A stretch of DNA of 64,000 nucleotides, taken from the NCBI RefSeq assembly GCF_046055765.1, contig NZ_JASFZF010000040.1, positions 16,536-80,535 on the forward strand, given 5' to 3'. Positions within the stretch are counted from its first letter, which is position 1; every line of letters starts with the position of its first letter. The position numbers and the translations under genes are program-made. This document shows positions 9,684 through 18,241 of the stretch, one piece after another. The notes below the pieces were generated by a model that had not been told where the DNA came from, made no database searches, and worked only from the letters and a program-made list of their open reading frames with translations. Origin of the DNA: Lutibacter sp. (GTDB lineage Bacteria; Bacteroidota; Bacteroidia; Flavobacteriales; Flavobacteriaceae).

Positions 9684-10271
9684 TTATAAATCTTCAAATA
9701 GTAGCAAATATAAGTTTTTTGCATTTGTATTACCATAATTCATAAAATCAATTTCTTTAGAATTTGGGTTGTAATTTTTTATAGCACTAATATTACTAGG
9801 TATATTACCTTGGTAACGCGATTTAATTCCAGTTAAACTTTCTCCATTGTTTTTAACTAGTTGGCTAGTAGTTGCATATACTATAAAATTTTCTGATAAT
9901 GCTGAAATCTTATGTTCTTTTAATTGATTAGATGAAAATAGAATACTTCCATTTTGTGCAATTAAATGTTCGCAACTAGTAAATAAAGGTAATTTTTTGC
10001 TATAATTTTCGGTGGTATTTATTTGAATGGTTTTTGCGAGTTTTGCCAAATCAGTATCAATACAAATTATATGATCCCAAGAATTTTCTTGAATTATATT
10101 TTTTAAATTTGAAATTACCTCCTCTAAAGTTGTGCAATAGAGAAATTTACCACTATTCTTAATAAAATTTTGTACAAAAATTTGATCAAGGGGTAAATTT
10201 TCTAATTCTAAAGATAATTCTTTAGATTCTTTTTTCTTTGGAGTATTAAAAAACTTTTTAAATAAACTCAT
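9684..10271 (-). CDS. LUD domain protein (LutC/YkgG-like, DUF162)
   Basis: Size, pattern (NFIVYATTSQLV ... NLYLLLFED) and position between ftsH and cdsA fit this family. Called from memory, not searched. Confidence 0.5.
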   Translation of the reverse strand: MSLFKKFFNTPKKKESKELSLELENLPLDQIFVQNFIKNSGKFLYCTTLEEVISNLKNIIQENSWDHIICIDTDLAKLAKTIQINTTENYSKKLPLFTSCEHLIAQNGSILFSSNQLKEHKISALSENFIVYATTSQLVKNNGESLTGIKSRYQGNIPSNISAIKNYNPNSKEIDFMNYGNTNAKNLYLLLFEDL

Positions 10272-10314
10272 TAGTTATTTAGAATAAATTCAAAATTATA
10301 AAAAAGATATGAAT

Positions 10315-12312
10315 TTATTCTTGTGTTTCTAATGAATTTTCTTTGTCTGGATCTTTATCAGTGTTTTCTTCCTCTTTTGAATCTTTTTTTATAGGCACTT
10401 TAGCATCATCAAAAGGGTTTTTCCCAAAAATTGTTTCTAAATCTTTTTTAAAGATTACTTCTTTTTCAAGCAATAATTCAGCTAAAGTTGTAAGTTTATC
10501 TTTGTTATCTGCCAAAATTTGAATAGCTCTTTTATATTGTTCTTCAATAATTTTTGAAATTTCTTTATCAATTACTTGTGCAGTTTCTTCACTATAAGGT
10601 TTAGTGAAGTTGTATTCAGATTGCCCTGAAGAGTCATAATAGGTAATGTTACCTATTTTATCATTTAAACCGTATACAGTAACCATGGCTTTTGCTTGTC
10701 TGGTTACTTTTTCTAGGTCATTAAGGGCACCTGTAGATATTTTATCAAATATTAGTTTTTCAGCGGCTCTACCTGCTAAAGTTGCACACATTTCATCTAA
10801 CATTTGCTCAGCCTGTACAATTTGGCGTTCTTCTGGTAAATACCAAGCAGCACCTAATGATTGCCCTCTAGGAACAATAGTAACCTTTACAAGAGGAGCT
10901 GCATGTTCTAGCATCCAACTTGCAGTTGCATGACCAGCTTCGTGGAAAGCAATTGTTTTCTTTTCTTTAGGAGAAATTATCTTATTCTTCTTTTCAAGTC
11001 CCCCTACAATTCTGTCAACAGCATCTAAAAAATCTTGATGATGTACCGATTTTTTACTTTTTCTTGCAGCAATTAATGCGGCTTCATTACACAAGTTTGC
11101 AATGTCAGCACCAGAAAAACCAGGAGTTTGTTGTGATAGAAATTCAACATCAACATCTTTATTGAGCTTTAATGGTTTAAGGTGTACTTTAAAGATTTCA
11201 GCTCTTTCTGTTAAATTAGGAAGATCTACATAAATTTGACGGTCAAAACGACCCGCACGTAATAATGCTTTATCCAATACATCGGCACGGTTGGTTGCAG
11301 CAATAACAATTACATTAGTGTCAGTCCCAAAACCATCCATTTCTGTTAATAACTGGTTTAAAGTATTTTCACGTTCATCATTTCCTCCTGTAATATTATT
11401 TTTACCTCTAGATCTACCAACGGCATCAATTTCATCAATAAAAATAATTGATGGTGCTTTTTGTTGTGCTTGTTTAAATAAATCACGTACACGTGAAGCT
11501 CCAACACCTACAAACATTTCAACAAAATCTGATCCAGAAAGAGAGAAAAACGGCACGTTTGCTTCACCAGCAACCGCTTTTGCTAATAATGTTTTTCCAG
11601 TACCTGGAGGGCCTACTAATAGTGCCCCTTTTGGAATTTTTCCTCCTAGTGATGTGTATTTGTCTGGGCTTTTTAGAAAATCTACAATTTCTTGAATCTC
11701 TTCTTTAGCTCCTTCTAATCCAGCAACGTCTTTAAATGAAGTTTTAACCTTTTGATCTTGATCAAATAATTTGGCTTTTGATTTTCCAATACTAAATATT
11801 TGTCCACCACCACCAGAACCACCACCAGACATTCTTTTCATGAAATATATCCATAAACCAATTAAGAAGATAAAAGGTAAATACATAAATATTTGGTCTA
11901 TAATATTTGTTCTTTCTTCATTTTTAACATCAAAATCTAGTTCGTAAGTTTTCTTATCCGCACTTAATTCTTTTTCGAAGTTTTGTAAATCTCCAAACGA
12001 ATAAGTATACATTGGTGAATTAGCAGAATAAAGCGATCCTTTATTTTTTTTATGTTTTTCTTTTTCTGATGCTTCACTCTTAATATAAATATGTGCAATA
12101 CTTCTATTTTCAATAATTATTTTAGCTATATCATTTTCGGAAAGAATAGATTTAAACTCATTTTGACTTAAGCTTTTTGAGCCTAAATTTCCACTGTTTA
12201 AAAACTGATATCCAATAAATAAAACAAAAATTGCACCATAAATCCAGTAAAAATTGAACTTAGGTGTTTTTATATTGTTTTTCTTTGGTGTATTTTTTTT
12301 ATCTTGATTCAT
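10315..12312 (-). CDS. ftsH: ATP-dependent zinc metalloprotease FtsH
   Basis: Walker A GPPGTGKT, Walker B IIFIDEID, zinc site HEAGHA, and two N-terminal TM helices. Confidence 0.97.
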   Translation of the reverse strand: MNQDKKNTPKKNNIKTPKFNFYWIYGAIFVLFIGYQFLNSGNLGSKSLSQNEFKSILSENDIAKIIIENRSIAHIYIKSEASEKEKHKKNKGSLYSANSPMYTYSFGDLQNFEKELSADKKTYELDFDVKNEERTNIIDQIFMYLPFIFLIGLWIYFMKRMSGGGSGGGGQIFSIGKSKAKLFDQDQKVKTSFKDVAGLEGAKEEIQEIVDFLKSPDKYTSLGGKIPKGALLVGPPGTGKTLLAKAVAGEANVPFFSLSGSDFVEMFVGVGASRVRDLFKQAQQKAPSIIFIDEIDAVGRSRGKNNITGGNDERENTLNQLLTEMDGFGTDTNVIVIAATNRADVLDKALLRAGRFDRQIYVDLPNLTERAEIFKVHLKPLKLNKDVDVEFLSQQTPGFSGADIANLCNEAALIAARKSKKSVHHQDFLDAVDRIVGGLEKKNKIISPKEKKTIAFHEAGHATASWMLEHAAPLVKVTIVPRGQSLGAAWYLPEERQIVQAEQMLDEMCATLAGRAAEKLIFDKISTGALNDLEKVTRQAKAMVTVYGLNDKIGNITYYDSSGQSEYNFTKPYSEETAQVIDKEISKIIEEQYKRAIQILADNKDKLTTLAELLLEKEVIFKKDLETIFGKNPFDDAKVPIKKDSKEEENTDKDPDKENSLETQE

Positions 12313-12354
12313 CTATTTTTTTGATTTCAATAATTGAGTAAAAATTTAATTTGC

Positions 12355-12717
12355 TTATGATATAGTTGTGATTTTTGCATCACCCCAAAGGCTTTCAATA
12401 TCATAATACTCACGTACATGTTTTTGAAATATATGAACTACAATATTTACATAGTCTAATAATATCCATTCTGCATTGCCTTCACCTTCAACATGCCAAG
12501 GTTTTTCTTTAATTACTTTACTTACCTGTTTTTGTACAAAACCAGAAATAGCATTTACATGGGTATTTGAGGTTCCTGTACAAATTATAAAATAATCACA
12601 GACAGTATTTTCAATTTCTCTCAAATCTAAAATTTGAATATCTACACCTTTAACCTCATCTATAGCCTTTAAAATTGCAGCTATAGAGTCGTCTGCGCTT
12701 ATATTTTTTTTTGTCAT
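12355..12717 (-). CDS. rsfS: ribosome silencing factor RsfS
   Basis: 120 aa with the RsfS/iojap pattern (DYFIICTGTSNTHVNAI ... WILLDYVNIVVHIF). Confidence 0.85.
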   Translation of the reverse strand: MTKKNISADDSIAAILKAIDEVKGVDIQILDLREIENTVCDYFIICTGTSNTHVNAISGFVQKQVSKVIKEKPWHVEGEGNAEWILLDYVNIVVHIFQKHVREYYDIESLWGDAKITTIS

Positions 12718-12738
12718 TAATTTTTTTTTAATTTGTTA

Positions 12739-12746
12739 CAAAGTTA
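12739..12746 (-). promoter_or_regulatory. candidate -7 box (TAACTTTG on minus strand) for the rsfS-ftsH...yceI unit
   Basis: CAAAGTTA on the + strand, 21 nt upstream of ATG 12717. Confidence 0.45.
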
Positions 12747-12794
12747 TTATTTTTTTATAATAATTTGAATTTTATTAAAATTATCATTTTCTAC

Positions 12795-13538
12795 ATGAAT
12801 ATAATCAAACTTAATGCCATTGATTCTACAAATTCTTACTTAAAGAGACTTGCCAATAAAACTACAATTGATAGTTATACTGTTGTTGTAGCAAAACATC
12901 AAACAGAAGGTAGAGGTCAACTTGGATCAAAATGGGTTTCTGATGGTGGTAAAAACCTAACATTTAGCGTGTTAGTTAATTTTAATAACTTTAAAATTGA
13001 GCATCAATTTTATTTAAGTATGGCAGTTTCTTTAGGTGTTTTAGACGCTGTTAATAATGCTATTAAAATACAGTGTTTTGTTAAATGGCCAAACGACATT
13101 TTGGCAGGTAAAGACAAAGTTGCGGGTATTTTAATTGAAAATGTTTTGAGAGGTGAAGCCATTAAGTATTCTATAATTGGAGTTGGGTTAAATGTAAATC
13201 AAAAAAAATTTCCAAAGAGCATTGGAAATGTTACTTCATTGAACAATATTTCTGATACTAATTTTAATATAGATGAGTTATTAAAAAATATCATAACTAA
13301 TATTCAATTTTATATTGATGATATTGAAAGAGCAGAATTTAAAAAAATTAAACAATTATATATAGCTTCACTTTATAAATACAATAAACCAGTTATGTTT
13401 GAAGACTATGAACACGCTATTTTTTTAGGGAAAATTATTGATATTTCAGAAGAAGGAAAATTAATAATTGAATTAGAAAATGAAAAAACTCGCAAATTTA
13501 GTTTGAAAGAAATTAAATTTGCGAGTCGTATAAAATAA
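12795..13538 (+). CDS. birA: biotin--[acetyl-CoA-carboxylase] ligase
   Basis: GRGQLGSKW (GRGRxGRxW-type) biotinyl-AMP motif. ATG 12795 is preferred over TTG 12765. Confidence 0.85.
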   Translation: MNIIKLNAIDSTNSYLKRLANKTTIDSYTVVVAKHQTEGRGQLGSKWVSDGGKNLTFSVLVNFNNFKIEHQFYLSMAVSLGVLDAVNNAIKIQCFVKWPNDILAGKDKVAGILIENVLRGEAIKYSIIGVGLNVNQKKFPKSIGNVTSLNNISDTNFNIDELLKNIITNIQFYIDDIERAEFKKIKQLYIASLYKYNKPVMFEDYEHAIFLGKIIDISEEGKLIIELENEKTRKFSLKEIKFASRIK

Positions 13539-13547
13539 GTTGAATTC

Positions 13548-13937
13548 TTATAATTTTTCAGCTTTCTCAGTTAAAGTGTCTATAAATTTTTGAAGAGGTT
13601 TTTTTACCATCATTGCCATCATTGGGTTAAAATCACCGTTAAATAATAATTGTGTTTCACAACTATGTTCTGAAACAGTGTTTATGACTGCAGTTAAGGT
13701 GAATTTTAATTTACTACTTGCAGCACCTAAAATAATTTTATCAAATTCTTGTTTTTCTTTTACAACCAATCTTATTTCAGGCATTCCTTTTAAACTAAAA
13801 ATAAAAGAATCACCTTCAACCTCAAATTTTTCAGTATTCTCAGGCATTAATTGCTTGAAATTTTGAAGATTACTCAAAAATTCAAAAAAATCTTTTTGAG
13901 ATTTATTTATAATTGTTTTTTTACTTTCTAGGTTCAT
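13548..13937 (-). CDS. SRPBCC-like small protein of unknown function
   Basis: About 129 aa with helix-grip-like alternation. ATG 13937 is preferred over GTG 13964, which would overlap pyrE. The family call is weak. Confidence 0.4.
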   Translation of the reverse strand: MNLESKKTIINKSQKDFFEFLSNLQNFKQLMPENTEKFEVEGDSFIFSLKGMPEIRLVVKEKQEFDKIILGAASSKLKFTLTAVINTVSEHSCETQLLFNGDFNPMMAMMVKKPLQKFIDTLTEKAEKL

Positions 13938-13947
13938 AATTTGTAAT

Positions 13948-14592
13948 TTATTGTTTCCACTCACTTGGATTTTCTCTCCATTGTTTAAGTGTTTTTAATT
14001 CATTTTCTGAAATATAATTACTATCAAGAGACTGCTCTAATAAATGATTATAATCGCTTAATGTATTTAACTTAACATTTGCATCTTCAAAGTTTTTTGA
14101 AGCAACATTAAAGCCATAAGAAAATATGGCAACCATTCCTTTTACATTCGCTCCTTCAATATCTTTCAATGCTTTTATGGCATTTAAACTACTTTTACCG
14201 GTGCTAATTAAATCTTCAACAACAACAATGTTCTTATTTTTTTCAAGTAAACCTTCCACTTGGTTTTTTCTTCCATGTTTTTTAGGCTCAGGTCTTACAT
14301 AAATAAAGGGGATATTTAATTTTTGAGCTACTAACACACCAATAGCAATAGCACCTGTTGCTACACCGGCAATTACATCGGGCTTACCATATTCTTGTTC
14401 AATAATTTTAGCTAAATTTTCACTTAAATAATTTCTTATTTCAGGAAAAGAAAGTGTAATTCTATTATCACAATAAATTGGTGATTTCCAACCTGAAGCC
14501 CAAGTAAAAGGGTCATTAGGTCGTAATTTAATTGCTTTTATTTGCAATAATAATTCAGCCGTTTTTTTTGCAGTATCTTTGTTCATAACCAT
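13948..14592 (-). CDS. pyrE: orotate phosphoribosyltransferase
   Basis: PRPP loop VVVEDLISTGKS. The start is ATG 14592 (MVMNKDTAKK) or 14586; track start 14649 is too long. Confidence 0.9.
   Translation of the reverse strand: MVMNKDTAKKTAELLLQIKAIKLRPNDPFTWASGWKSPIYCDNRITLSFPEIRNYLSENLAKIIEQEYGKPDVIAGVATGAIAIGVLVAQKLNIPFIYVRPEPKKHGRKNQVEGLLEKNKNIVVVEDLISTGKSSLNAIKALKDIEGANVKGMVAIFSYGFNVASKNFEDANVKLNTLSDYNHLLEQSLDSNYISENELKTLKQWRENPSEWKQ
14574..14581 (+). promoter_or_regulatory. candidate -7 box (TATCTTTG) for the Nudix gene, inside the first codons of pyrE
   Basis: TAnnTTTG match, 12 nt (ATG 14594) or 18 nt (ATG 14600) upstream of the start. Confidence 0.3.
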
Positions 14593-14593
14593 A

Positions 14594-15181
14594 ATGCAAA
14601 TGTATAAAGTTTTTGTGAATGACTGTTCAATTATTTTGACAGATACCAAGAAGATTTCAACAGAACTTGAAATTAAAAAATTTGAGAGGAATACTATATC
14701 ACAAATTGTAGAGTCTATTTTTAAAGGAGAATTGAAAGGTGTTTGTTTGTATTGTACTAACTTAGAAGTATGTTGGCAACAGTTTATGAGTAAATTTAAA
14801 ATTCAAAAAGCTGCTGGAGGGAAGGTTTTAAACTCTAAAAAAGAAGTACTTTTTATTTATCGTTTAGGAAAATGGGATTTACCAAAAGGTAAATTAGAAA
14901 AAGGAGAATCTTTAAAAAATTGTGCTATTAGAGAAGTGGAAGAAGAATGTGGAATATCTAATTTACATATTGAAAAACAACTAGAAACTACGTATCATAT
15001 ATTTGAAAGAAATGGTAAAACTATTTTAAAAATTACTTACTGGTTTTTAATGAAGTCAGGTTTCACAGGAAAACTAATTCCTCAAACAGAAGAAGATATA
15101 GAAATAGCCGTTTTTAAAAATAATATTGGAGTAAAAGAAGCACTACAAAATACATACGAAAATATTAAGTTGCTATTTTAA
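14594..15181 (+). CDS. NUDIX hydrolase
   Basis: Nudix box GKWDLPKGKLEKGESLKNCAIREVEEECGI. The start is ATG 14594 or 14600; the track start 14579 is TTG. Confidence 0.85.
   Translation: MQMYKVFVNDCSIILTDTKKISTELEIKKFERNTISQIVESIFKGELKGVCLYCTNLEVCWQQFMSKFKIQKAAGGKVLNSKKEVLFIYRLGKWDLPKGKLEKGESLKNCAIREVEEECGISNLHIEKQLETTYHIFERNGKTILKITYWFLMKSGFTGKLIPQTEEDIEIAVFKNNIGVKEALQNTYENIKLLF
14597..14604 (-). promoter_or_regulatory. candidate -7 box (TACATTTG on minus strand) for pyrE, inside the first codons of the Nudix gene
   Basis: CAAATGTA on the + strand, only 4-10 nt upstream of the pyrE start candidates. Confidence 0.3.
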
Positions 15182-15223
15182 GAATTCCAAATAATCATAA
15201 ATTTTATTTTCAAATATTTACAC

Positions 15224-15231
15224 TATATTTG
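15224..15231 (+). promoter_or_regulatory. candidate -7 box (TATATTTG) for the SulP gene
   Basis: TAnnTTTG match, 23 nt upstream of ATG 15255. Confidence 0.45.
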
Positions 15232-15254
15232 CCGCTTTTTACAAATAACTACCT

Positions 15255-16859
15255 ATGACTGAATTTATTGAAAAGCGCGTTTCAAATATAAGAAATGAAA
15301 TATTTTCTGGAGTAACTGTAGCTTTAGCTTTGGTGCCTGAAGCTGTAGCTTTCGCATTTGTCGCGGGTGTTGATCCATTAGTTGGTTTATATGCTGCGTT
15401 TATGGTTGGCTTAATCACTTCAATTTTTGGAGGAAGACCAGGAATGATTTCAGGAGCAACTGGAGCTTTAGCAGTTGTAATGGTTACTTTGGTAGCTAAA
15501 GGAAATGAAATGGGAAACCCTGATGAAAATTTAGGGTTATACTATTTATTTGCTACTGTAATTTTAATGGGTATTATTCAAGTATTAGCAGGTTTATTAA
15601 AACTCGGAAAATTTGTTCGTTTAATTCCACATTCTGTCATGATGGGGTTTGTAAATGGTTTAGCGATTGTTATTTTTCTTTCACAATTAGGAATGTTTAA
15701 AAAAACTATGGGTGATAAAAAAGTATGGTTACAAGGAAATCAATTGTATTTAATGGTTGGGTTGGTTGCTTTAACGATGCTAATAATGTGGGGTTTACCA
15801 AAAATTAAACAACTACAAAAATTACCAGAAGCCTTAATTGCTATTTTAGTGGTAAGTATGTTAGCTATTTTATTAAAATTTGATGTAGCAACAGTTGGTT
15901 CATTTATTAAAGATGGTGGCGGTGAAGGTTTAAAAGGTAGTTTGCCAACATTAAATTTAGAAACTTTTTCAAAAGTACCATTTACATTAGGTTCTATAAT
16001 ATTTATTTTGCCGTACGCATTAATATTAGCTGCAATTGGGTTAATAGAATCGTTAATGACCTTGAATTTAATTGACGATTTAACTGAAACTCGTGGAAAT
16101 GGAAATAGAGAATGTGTAGCGCAAGGAAGTGCTAATATTGTTACAGGTTTGTTTGGTGGAATGGGAGGATGCGCCATGATTGGTCAATCAATTATTAATA
16201 TTAAAGGAGGAGCAAGAGGAAGACTCTCAGGAATTGTAGCAGCTGTGTTACTTTTAATATTCATTTTATTTGGTTCAAGTTATATAGAACAAGTTCCAAT
16301 TGCAGCGCTGGTAGGAGTCATGTTTATGGTAGTTATAGGAACGTTTGCATGGAGTAGTTTTAGAATTCTGAATAAAATACCTAAAACCGATTTATTTGTT
16401 CTAGTTTTAGTTTCAGCTTTAACAGTAATTTTTGATTTAGCAATAGCTGTAGTTTCTGGTGTTATTGTTAGTGCGCTAGTATTCTCCTGGGAAAATGCCA
16501 CTCGAATTAGAGCACGAAAATCTGTAAAGGAAAATGGAACTAAAGTGTATGAAATTTGGGGACCTTTATTCTTTGGTTCAATTATAACTTTTAATGATAA
16601 GTTTGATGTTAAAAATGATCCGGAAAATGTAGAAATAGATTTTATGGAATCTAGGATTAGCGATCATTCAGCATTGGAAGCAATTTTTAATATTGTTGAA
16701 AAATATGAAACAGCTGGTAAAACAATTCATTTAAAGCATTTAAGCGAGGAATGTAAAGTGCTTTTATTTAAATCGAACACAAGATTTCATGAGGTAATTA
16801 TTAATGATATTGATGATCCAAGATATCATATTGCTGAAAATCCAGAAAAATTTAATTAG
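15255..16859 (+). CDS. SulP family inorganic anion transporter with C-terminal STAS domain
   Basis: 534 aa with a polytopic N-terminal domain typical of SulP and a soluble C-terminal ~110 aa STAS-like domain. Confidence 0.85.
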   Translation: MTEFIEKRVSNIRNEIFSGVTVALALVPEAVAFAFVAGVDPLVGLYAAFMVGLITSIFGGRPGMISGATGALAVVMVTLVAKGNEMGNPDENLGLYYLFATVILMGIIQVLAGLLKLGKFVRLIPHSVMMGFVNGLAIVIFLSQLGMFKKTMGDKKVWLQGNQLYLMVGLVALTMLIMWGLPKIKQLQKLPEALIAILVVSMLAILLKFDVATVGSFIKDGGGEGLKGSLPTLNLETFSKVPFTLGSIIFILPYALILAAIGLIESLMTLNLIDDLTETRGNGNRECVAQGSANIVTGLFGGMGGCAMIGQSIINIKGGARGRLSGIVAAVLLLIFILFGSSYIEQVPIAALVGVMFMVVIGTFAWSSFRILNKIPKTDLFVLVLVSALTVIFDLAIAVVSGVIVSALVFSWENATRIRARKSVKENGTKVYEIWGPLFFGSIITFNDKFDVKNDPENVEIDFMESRISDHSALEAIFNIVEKYETAGKTIHLKHLSEECKVLLFKSNTRFHEVIINDIDDPRYHIAENPEKFN

Positions 16860-17484
16860 TATTTTTCAAGAAAGAAATCCAATCAGATGTTGTGTTTAAA
16901 TTTTTTATTACAGCAGCATCATTTACACTAATTGTTGTAATTTCAATAGATTGTAATTTCATTATTTGGAAATCAAGCCTAGCTTCTTCATTACTAGGAT
17001 TTAAGTGAATTAATTGTTTCCAAAACTTAGATTTCATTTTTATAGGATGACCATTTTTACCTTCATAATTAGGAATTACAACTATATTTTTTATTTCCAT
17101 TATTTTTTGAAATTCTTCAGAATTTAATAGCGGAACATCTATGTGATTTAGTATTATGTTTTTTGAAGTATCAATTTTTTTTAAAATAGTTTGAAGGGTT
17201 GAAAATGAGCCTAATTCAGGATTTTTATTAATGATAACTTTAATTTTTAATTCCTGAAAATCAATAAAATTTGTAAGAGCATCTTCAAACCACGGAATTG
17301 CATTAAAATAATTTTTATAATTATAACCTAAACCAATATAAACTTCTGAAACTGGGGTTTTTGAAATATTGTTAAGTTGTTCTAAAATCCAAAATGTTTG
17401 ATGGTATTTCAATAAACCTTTATCAACACCCATTCTTTTAGATTTTCCACCAGCTAACAATACAAAAACGGTATTATTTTTCAT
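16852..17484 (-). CDS. MobA/MocA-like nucleotidyltransferase (molybdenum cofactor cytidylyltransferase-like)
   Basis: N-terminal VLLAGGKSKRMGVDKGLL motif. It overlaps xdhC by 11 nt within the molybdoenzyme cluster. Confidence 0.65.
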   Translation of the reverse strand: MKNNTVFVLLAGGKSKRMGVDKGLLKYHQTFWILEQLNNISKTPVSEVYIGLGYNYKNYFNAIPWFEDALTNFIDFQELKIKVIINKNPELGSFSTLQTILKKIDTSKNIILNHIDVPLLNSEEFQKIMEIKNIVVIPNYEGKNGHPIKMKSKFWKQLIHLNPSNEEARLDFQIMKLQSIEITTISVNDAAVIKNLNTTSDWISFLKNTN

Positions 17485-18235
17485 AATACACTTTCAACAA
17501 TTCAGCAGCAATACTTATGGCAATTTCTTTTGGAGTATGACCACCAATATTTAAACCAACCGGACAATGAACAGGAGAAATACCAGCTTCAAAATTTAAT
17601 TCATTTTTAAGCATATTATTAAATTTATTTTTTTTGGTTTTACTTCCAATTAAGCCAATATACTTTGTTTTAGAATACAAAGCTAAAGCAGTTATTTCAA
17701 AATCTAATTTATGGTCATGCGTCATAATTACCACATAACAATTTTCACCCCAATTAACATGTTGTTTGTACAACTCAAAGTTAATATTAGAAAAGGTGGT
17801 GCTTTTATCAATATCAATTTGATTTTTCCAGTTTTTACGAGTATCAAGTAGGGTGATATTAAATGGAGTGTCTTTTAAAATATGACAAATTTCTACGCCA
17901 ATATGTCCGGCGCCAAACAAAAATAATTCAGGAGTTTGATTCATAGGTTCAATAATTAATTCTACTTTACCTCCACAACATTGTTCAAATGCGGGGCCTA
18001 AAGTGTATGAGAATTCTTTTATACTATTTTCGTTAATTGCAATTACAGCTTCATCAATTACTTGAAATTCTAATTTTCCACCGCCAATAGTTCCAAAAAT
18101 TTCCTTTTGTTTGGTAACAATCATTTTTGAAGCTAATTTACAAGGTGCAGAACCTAAAACTTTTGTAATAGTCACTAATGCAATAGGCTGTTTTTTAGAT
18201 TTAAAATCGTGTAATAATTCAATCCAATTATTCAT
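17474..18235 (-). CDS. XdhC/CoxI family molybdoenzyme maturation protein
   Basis: N-terminal XdhC_CoxI-like region and a Rossmann-like LFLFGAGHIGVEI. It lies directly downstream of the Mo subunit. Confidence 0.7.
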   Translation of the reverse strand: MNNWIELLHDFKSKKQPIALVTITKVLGSAPCKLASKMIVTKQKEIFGTIGGGKLEFQVIDEAVIAINENSIKEFSYTLGPAFEQCCGGKVELIIEPMNQTPELFLFGAGHIGVEICHILKDTPFNITLLDTRKNWKNQIDIDKSTTFSNINFELYKQHVNWGENCYVVIMTHDHKLDFEITALALYSKTKYIGLIGSKTKKNKFNNMLKNELNFEAGISPVHCPVGLNIGGHTPKEIAISIAAELLKVYYEK

Positions 18236-18241
18236 AAAATT

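Noticed and set aside
11804-11830. CCA/CCACCA trinucleotide repetition in ftsH
   Set aside because: It encodes the GGSGGGG linker after the second TM helix. It is in frame, so length changes would be benign.
15255-16859. Idea that the SulP transporter supplies molybdate to the adjacent molybdoenzyme cluster
   Set aside because: The genes are convergent, not co-transcribed. Nothing in the sequence distinguishes molybdate from sulfate or bicarbonate specificity.
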